This document shows positions 15,882-20,449 of a stretch of 20,449 bases of DNA, in pieces (positions within the stretch are counted from its first letter, which is position 1; every line of letters begins with the position of its first letter). A program made the translations under genes and the position numbers. The stretch lies in UHGV virus genome UHGV-0200630; one strand, 5' to 3'. The notes beneath the pieces are model-generated. The model searched no databases. It was given only the letters and a program-made list of their open reading frames with translations, and had not been told where the DNA came from. The DNA comes from a virus.

Positions 15882-17765
15882 TTATAATCCGAAACCACGA
15901 GGCTTATTAACTGGTCTGTTTCGTTTGATAATGTTTCGACGAGGTTCATGAGTTTGAATAACAGGAGAATTTGTTTCGTTTTGTTCTTCTGGCATTTCAA
16001 TATCAGATTTAGCAGCGAGTTTCCTCCACTCGTGAAATTTGATTTTCTCTAGAACTTGCAGACGCGCGCAATAACCGTAGTTAAAGCAGTCAAGACCTTC
16101 GTTACGAACACCGCCTTGTTTAATAACCCATCTAACAGTATTACCAGAGCGTTTTAATTCTTCGGACATAAGCTGTTCGCAGTAATCATCTGGAACATCA
16201 TCAGAGATTTCGACTCTGACTGGTGTATTTCCAGATTTCACGCTTCTGTTTAGCAGTTCACGAACTAAGTTTTTTCCTTGGTTTACACCAATCATATAAA
16301 GTTCATAACCACCGGTTTTCGTGATTTTCGTTGGAACATAAGGGGCATCAACAGAGCTGGCACCTTTAATTGCTTTCAGGTTTGTCCACTGAGAGCAGAA
16401 ACGATAGATTGTTTTAGTTGCTCGACCGTTTGAGCTATCGACGTTCACCCACGCTAAAGGAACCTTTCTTCCCAAAGCTGTTCTGAACGGTGCTTTAACG
16501 TATGCAAGAAGTTCTTTATAAGCAGGGGAATCGATAACCTCAGCGTTCATTGTCATAAAGCTACGATGTGCAAGAATATAAACGGTTCGTTCGTTGTGAC
16601 CCATCAAGGTTACTTCTAAACGGTCTTGCTGTTGGTCAACCCCAGCGGTTAAAAACAACGTGTCTTCTGGTATATTGCTGATGCCGATATTCGTCTTGAG
16701 TGTTTCTAATTTACTAACCTCAATGTCTTCGTTTAAATCATCAAACGGTAGACCAAGAACAGTGTTATAAAACGTTGACAAGCTGAACGTTTGCCATGCT
16801 TGCTTATAGTCTTCAACAACTGATTTGATAGAACTCATTGGGCTGTATAAACGACTTACGTGGAATCCAGCAATTCGACTTTCAGGTTGATGAATAATCC
16901 ATTCACCTTGTTTAATTGCTCGTGCTCGGTCGCCTTCAGAGAAAGCGTGATGACATTCAGGACATTCAATTCTGGCAGAGTTAGGATCAGGTAATGATTT
17001 ACCATCGATTTTTACCCAGTCGAATTTGATATTCTCCCACGTCAGTTCGTGCTTATGACCACATGTAGGACAGGGAACATGATACTTGCGCTTGTCGGAT
17101 GCTTCATACTGCGTGTGGATAGCACCGTATTTACTTGTAGGCGTCGAGCTAATGAAAACACGAGCGTCTTCACCGAACGTCGTAGCACGTTGTTCCGCGA
17201 TGATAATCGGGTTGCCTTCTTCTGTGTCTGTTTCAACTGCGTCAACTTCATCAAGCAACATCAGCGGAAGAGTTTTACCGCGTAAGTGAGAAGGGCTATT
17301 GAGCGACATGAAATACCAAAAGCCTCCAGCACGTAGCTGAATTTGACTGGTGTTATTCACTGCGTTTCTGTCGTTCTTGTCGGTGACGATTCGTTGCATT
17401 TCTTCCGATTCGTCAATCATTGGGCGAATCTTGCCTGATAGCCATTGAGTCGTCTCTTTACCGGTTGACTGCAAGACACCAGCGTTACCGGGATCAGTAG
17501 CAGACTTATAGAACAGAATTCCGTTCAAGATGGTTGTCTTGCCAATCTGGGCAGAAGTCTCGAAGACGATTTTCTTCTTACGTTCTTTAATGACGTCAAT
17601 CATGCCTTTCTGAAACTCAAACAGTTTCATCGGCTGCCCTGTATAAGGACCATCAGGGAATTTCAGGTACTGTTCGACCCACTCGGACGGAGTGTAGTCA
17701 GGAGGTGGCATTAAAAAGCGCTTTGCATTCTGTAAGATACTTTTCAGTTTATTTGAGTTTTTCAT
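15882..17765 (-). CDS. Terminase large subunit, lambda GpA family (627 aa)
   Basis: Walker A-like FETSAQIGKTT; zinc-ribbon-like CPTCGH...ECPECHH; LTAGVDQQQDRLEV and NEGLDCFNYGY match lambda gpA segments as I recall them. First gene of the leftward operon. Confidence 0.9.
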   Translation of the reverse strand: MKNSNKLKSILQNAKRFLMPPPDYTPSEWVEQYLKFPDGPYTGQPMKLFEFQKGMIDVIKERKKKIVFETSAQIGKTTILNGILFYKSATDPGNAGVLQSTGKETTQWLSGKIRPMIDESEEMQRIVTDKNDRNAVNNTSQIQLRAGGFWYFMSLNSPSHLRGKTLPLMLLDEVDAVETDTEEGNPIIIAEQRATTFGEDARVFISSTPTSKYGAIHTQYEASDKRKYHVPCPTCGHKHELTWENIKFDWVKIDGKSLPDPNSARIECPECHHAFSEGDRARAIKQGEWIIHQPESRIAGFHVSRLYSPMSSIKSVVEDYKQAWQTFSLSTFYNTVLGLPFDDLNEDIEVSKLETLKTNIGISNIPEDTLFLTAGVDQQQDRLEVTLMGHNERTVYILAHRSFMTMNAEVIDSPAYKELLAYVKAPFRTALGRKVPLAWVNVDSSNGRATKTIYRFCSQWTNLKAIKGASSVDAPYVPTKITKTGGYELYMIGVNQGKNLVRELLNRSVKSGNTPVRVEISDDVPDDYCEQLMSEELKRSGNTVRWVIKQGGVRNEGLDCFNYGYCARLQVLEKIKFHEWRKLAAKSDIEMPEEQNETNSPVIQTHEPRRNIIKRNRPVNKPRGFGL

Positions 17766-17910
17766 AATCAGCCCTAAGTGGATGAACCCAAAATGGATTT
17801 CATTTCTCTGTCTGTATTTATGAAAACCTCCATAAAATTATTTCTAAGAGTTCTTGCACCTGGATATCCGCCTGTTAAAGTCTGTTCCAACAAAACACAG
17901 GAGAACGACA
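17766..17910. promoter_or_regulatory. Divergent intergenic control region between terminase operon (leftward) and HTH gene (rightward)
   Basis: 145-bp AT-rich non-coding gap between divergent start codons; contains TAAAAT (17833-17838) and other -10-like hexamers, but no pair I can confidently assign. Confidence 0.4.
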
Positions 17911-18345
17911 ATGAAAACTGAACTGACTGTTGAAAACCGAATTGCTTCTGAATTAAACGCTGGTACTGATATGTCAGAGAGTAAGCTTGCTGAAAAATAC
18001 GATGTTCCTCGTTCTATTGTTCGTCGTGTTAAAGCTAACATCGAGGAATATACAGTTGTTGAAGAAGTTAAAGCTGAAAATACGGTTGAAGTTGTCGATG
18101 CTGTTGAAGCACAACGAATCGTGAATCAGGCTTTCGGATTCGATAACATCGAAAAACTTCTTGCTAGCAAATCGGCTAATAAAAAACCATCTGCGATTAG
18201 CATGATTATTTTTAAACGTACAGAGGGGGATTTTGAGTTATTCAAAAAACAGATGTCAGACAAAACTGCCGCGTATCAGAGGGATCAGTTTCTTCGCTGT
18301 GTGAATAGCACTAAAGGAGAAATGAGTGAAACTGAGAATGCCTAA
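17911..18345 (+). CDS. Helix-turn-helix DNA-binding protein (144 aa), candidate early regulator or terminase small subunit-like protein
   Basis: ATG at 17911 preceded by AGGAGA (6-nt spacer); the ORF-track start at 17854 has no SD. N-terminal region (IASELNAGTDMSESKLAEKYDVPRSIVRRV) is HTH-like. Confidence 0.65.
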   Translation: MKTELTVENRIASELNAGTDMSESKLAEKYDVPRSIVRRVKANIEEYTVVEEVKAENTVEVVDAVEAQRIVNQAFGFDNIEKLLASKSANKKPSAISMIIFKRTEGDFELFKKQMSDKTAAYQRDQFLRCVNSTKGEMSETENA

Positions 18346-18583
18346 CGAATGGAGGCGATTTTTTAAATGTATAATAAATGCAAGTTTGTAGCTAAATTAA
18401 TTACACTAGATTTAAAATTGCAATATTAAATAGGAAGCAAAGTGAGGAAGTTCAGAATTAAGGAACTATTTCATACCTGCTAGTTTAGAGAGCCGACTAT
18501 TCATCGGATACTTATTTGATTGAAAGAAAAATTGAACAAGTGATATCATTCGGTTATTATTTTTTAGCAACAAAGGAGAAAGC

Positions 18584-18763
18584 ATGATTGCTAATGTGGT
18601 TTATAAAAACGGTGATGTTAAGACCGAAGAGTTAACAGTTGACGATGCCGCTGTTCGCTTAAAAACAGACTCAGACGTTCAAGCGATTGAATTTTTCGAA
18701 AGTGGATTAAACACTCTGCTTGAGAAAAAACTTGAACAAGCATTAGTGCTTGGTCTGAAATGA
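18584..18763 (+). CDS. Small hypothetical protein (59 aa)
   Basis: ATG at 18584 preceded by AAAGGAGAAAGC (SD with 5-6-nt spacer); followed 5 nt later by a strong terminator. Below the 60-aa cutoff of the ORF track. Confidence 0.5.
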   Translation: MIANVVYKNGDVKTEELTVDDAAVRLKTDSDVQAIEFFESGLNTLLEKKLEQALVLGLK

Positions 18764-18768
18764 CAAAA

Positions 18769-18791
18769 GGGAGCTTAGTGCTCCCTTTTTT
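18769..18791 (+). terminator. Intrinsic terminator
   Basis: Stem GGGAGC (18769-18774) / GCTCCC (18780-18785), loop TTAGT, followed by T6 (18786-18791). Confidence 0.8.
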
Positions 18792-19164
18792 ATTGAATTT
18801 CAAATGAGTAGATTGTAAACCACAGATACTGGAGGCATCTTTGGGGCGCAAGGAATCAAATAGTTGAGAACTTGATTACTCAGTTCTTTAGAACGATCTG
18901 CAAACAGCAGGGCGTACTTCCTGCGAAGCTGAAAGCGTAGAGTCAAAAGCAATAAGGTCGATAACGAAGCAGGAAGCATCAGGTGAACTTGATAACAGGG
19001 AATTGACTTGGAGTATCATTAGGTCAGTAGAAGCAGGGAGAAGCGAGGAGGGATGATGTAGCAGTCAATCATTACTATCATCAAAGATAGGGCTTGCCCG
19101 TTCGACGTAGCGATAGCGAAGGAGAACTCATTAACGTTATTTCAATTAATTATCGATCGTTATG

Positions 19165-19193
19165 TTTATTGATTGTCAGACGAACAGTATAAT
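19165..19193 (+). promoter_or_regulatory. Candidate sigma70-like promoter (TTTATT-N17-TATAAT)
   Basis: Perfect -10 TATAAT at 19188-19193, weak -35 TTTATT at 19165-19170 with 17-bp spacer. Would direct rightward transcription through the mini-hairpin cluster. Confidence 0.25.
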
Positions 19194-19249
19194 GCAGTTA
19201 TCCAGTAATCATTATTATCCAGATCTGAAAAATAATATTGTGAGCGTAG

Positions 19250-19400
19250 CGAACGCGCGAAGCGCTAATAATCTTTATCTAGAAACATCTAATCAGTAGC
19301 TAGTAATCAAGTTCGATAGTGTTATCTGTCGCGCTTCGCGCTAATGTTTATCAATTAGGGCTTCGCCCGCGCTTCGCGCAATCTGCTCGCTTCGCTATGT
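19250..19400. repeat. Cluster of GCGAAGC / GCTTCGC mini-hairpin motifs
   Basis: Read directly: gcGCGAAGCgc at 19257-19267; gcGCTTCGCgc at 19331-19341; ggGCTTCGCcc and gcGCTTCGCgc at 19358-19379; GCTTCGC at about 19390-19396. Additional GCGAAGC at 18923-18929. Confidence 0.75.
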
Positions 19401-19498
19401 TTTCCAGGTTTTGTACTGCTTCTATATCCTTCCAGTTCATCTTTATCCAATTGTTCTTATAGGGCGATTTTTTCTAGGGTCCATGCACTTCTCCGAGT

Positions 19499-19542
19499 CG
19501 CATCGATGCGTTATCGATGCGTTTTGATGTGCATCAATGCAC
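19499..19542. repeat. Operator-like array: 12-bp palindrome, 2 exact tandem 11-bp repeats, 14-bp inverted repeat
   Basis: CGCATCGATGCG palindrome 19499-19510; ATCGATGCGTT at 19502-19512 and again at 19513-19523; GTGCAT-CA-ATGCAC at 19529-19542. Confidence 0.8.
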
Positions 19543-19728
19543 CTGCTTTTCACTAAATTATTTTTCGGACTTTGTTTACACTTTCGGTGAACTATATAAA
19601 TATTAGTATGAACACAGAGAGTTTCTTCTTCCTCGTTATTTTCTCTCGTTTGTTTACTACTGACTTTATCCGTCATAAAATAAGATATAAGCAATTAGCT
19701 TAGTTCATTTAAAAATTCCTTAAGTTTA

Positions 19729-19754
19729 AAGCACTCTTCGGAGTGCTTATTTTT
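19729..19754 (+). terminator. Intrinsic terminator / attenuator upstream of the right-end genes
   Basis: 8-bp stem AAGCACTC (19729-19736) / GAGTGCTT (19741-19748) with TTCG loop, followed by ATTTTT. Confidence 0.75.
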
Positions 19755-19778
19755 CAATTCAATAAAAAAGGCAACCCC

Positions 19779-19937
19779 ATGAAATTTATACCTAACAAAT
19801 TCGAAATTGAATCTCGCTTAGACTCTGGTGAGACATTTCAGCAAATTGCAGAATCTAAACAAATGAATAAAGCAACGATGTATAATGCTTGCAAAAAACG
19901 TAATATCAGAACTCAACCAATCAATAAAGGCAAATAA
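19779..19937 (+). CDS. Small helix-turn-helix protein (52 aa)
   Basis: ATG at 19779 with weak AAGG SD 8 nt upstream; the ORF-track start at 19743 is a GTG inside the terminator hairpin. SGETFQQIAESKQMNKATMYNACKK is HTH-like. Confidence 0.5.
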   Translation: MKFIPNKFEIESRLDSGETFQQIAESKQMNKATMYNACKKRNIRTQPINKGK

Positions 19938-20391
19938 ATTGAATTTCAAATTTGCAGTCTTCGAAAATCTAGACAGAACAGTTAAAGCAAGCCTGAACAG
20001 AAATATTATCAAAGTTAATAGAATGACCAATAACAAAAACAGCCTGAAAGCTCTTGTTAAAGCTATAGATATTCATCGTAATGTTCGAGCTAAGATGTTA
20101 CAGAAGATTGAAAATGCTGTGACTGTAAAAAATATGCATAGCTTCGAAATCGGTACGACCGAAGTTAATAATCTGCCTGCAATCGTTGCTTATACAACCG
20201 ATAATGCTGTTATCGTTGCTTGTGAAATTAACGGTAAAAAGAACTCGTGGAAAGCTTTCTGTTCAGATCTAAGAATGCAGAAGATCAAAGACACCGAGCA
20301 GTTTGTTCAGATGTATACTGGTGAATTTATTGAAATCATCGAAAGTATTGAATTTCCGACTGAGCAGAGACTAAATAGCTGCGCGGAATAG
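19885..20391 (+). CDS. Hypothetical protein (up to 168 aa; start ambiguous: ATG 19885, TTG 19939 or ATG 20023)
   Basis: Long ORF in the +1 frame relative to the 52-aa HTH ORF, overlapping it. None of the candidate starts has a strong SD. Stop codon TAG at 20389-20391 lies inside the right ITR. Family not recognised. Confidence 0.45.
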   Translation: MLAKNVISELNQSIKANKLNFKFAVFENLDRTVKASLNRNIIKVNRMTNNKNSLKALVKAIDIHRNVRAKMLQKIENAVTVKNMHSFEIGTTEVNNLPAIVAYTTDNAVIVACEINGKKNSWKAFCSDLRMQKIKDTEQFVQMYTGEFIEIIESIEFPTEQRLNSCAE

Positions 20392-20448
20392 TAGATCACT
20401 GAAAGGGAACTCAGCCCGGATTGTGCGATCTGATCAATCGCCAAACCA
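20371..20448. repeat. Right terminal inverted repeat (78 bp), reverse complement of 1-78
   Basis: Read directly; one extra base (a, 20449) beyond the repeat at the right end. Confidence 0.95.
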
Positions 20449-20449
20449 A

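Larger units (their letters stand above)
18792..19728. other. About 940-bp ORF-free structured region: candidate replication origin / partition site / non-coding RNA locus
   Basis: No credible ORF in any frame; bounded by two plus-strand terminators; relatively GC- and purine-rich 5' part, clustered GC mini-hairpins, tandem repeats, palindromes and a polypyrimidine tract (19611-19670). Confidence 0.5.

Noticed and set aside
17042-17289. ORFs within or antisense to the large terminase gene (17042-17254, 17049-17285, 17086-17289) and 17844-18041 antisense to the HTH gene
   Set aside because: Overlap confidently assigned genes; no start signals.
17766-17910. A cos site or Nu1-like small terminase gene immediately upstream of the large terminase
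   Set aside because: The upstream neighbour is a divergently oriented HTH gene, not a co-directional small subunit gene, and I cannot recognise cos-like symmetric elements by eye; left as an open question.
18618-18851. 77-aa minus-strand ORF
   Set aside because: Antisense to the 59-aa gene and running through its terminator; no SD.
19173-19193. TTGTCA...TATAAT as a promoter
   Set aside because: Spacer is only 9 bp; the -10 may still work with the weaker upstream TTTATT -35 at 17-bp spacing, which is what is reported, at low confidence.
19443-19694. 83-aa minus-strand ORF in the non-coding region
   Set aside because: Begins at a TTG with no SD; the first ATG also has no SD; the translation is dominated by a poly-Glu/Asn stretch produced by the polypyrimidine tract. 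Most likely a chance ORF.
18800-19730. tRNA genes, CRISPR array or type III toxin-antitoxin repeat RNA in the non-coding region
   Set aside because: No cloverleaf with a proper T-arm (the GTTCGAC at 19100-19106 lacks flanking complementary stems). Repeats are not regularly spaced repeat-spacer units. The only exact tandem repeat is 2 copies of 11 nt, far shorter than the antitoxin repeats of type III systems, and the downstream protein has no recognisable toxin signature.

Overview
The window looks like a complete or near-complete compact tailed-phage-like element of about 20.4 kb, bounded by perfect 78-bp terminal inverted repeats (1-78 and 20371-20448). About 87% of it (71-17765) is a single leftward, tightly packed operon, with ATGA/TAATG start-stop overlaps and strong Shine-Dalgarno sites. 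In order of transcription it encodes a lambda GpA-type large terminase, a gpW-like protein, a lambda-type portal, an HK97-type prohead protease fused to a scaffold-like acidic linker and a putative capsid domain, small head/neck proteins, a 341-aa structural protein, a 1027-aa tail fiber with a C-terminal self-cleaving chaperone domain, a small highly expressed structural protein, a gpK-like domain, a 1229-aa lambda-J-like tail tip protein, a spanin-like membrane protein, a T4 endonuclease VII homolog and small unknown proteins. The right arm (17766-20449) runs rightward and has only small genes (two helix-turn-helix proteins and two unknowns) plus a roughly 940-bp ORF-free region between two intrinsic terminators. 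That region is dense in GCGAAGC/GCTTCGC mini-hairpin motifs, 11-bp tandem repeats, palindromes and about 140-bp-spaced repeats. I could not find a DNA polymerase, primase, helicase, integrase, transposase, protelomerase, tape-measure protein or canonical endolysin. All homology calls are from reading the translations against remembered family signatures, with no database search run. The most notable points are the inverted-repeat termini on a virion-only gene set, the structured non-coding region (candidate origin or regulatory hub), a possible +1 frame extension of the capsid gene, and an unusual hydrophobic N-terminus on the J-like protein.
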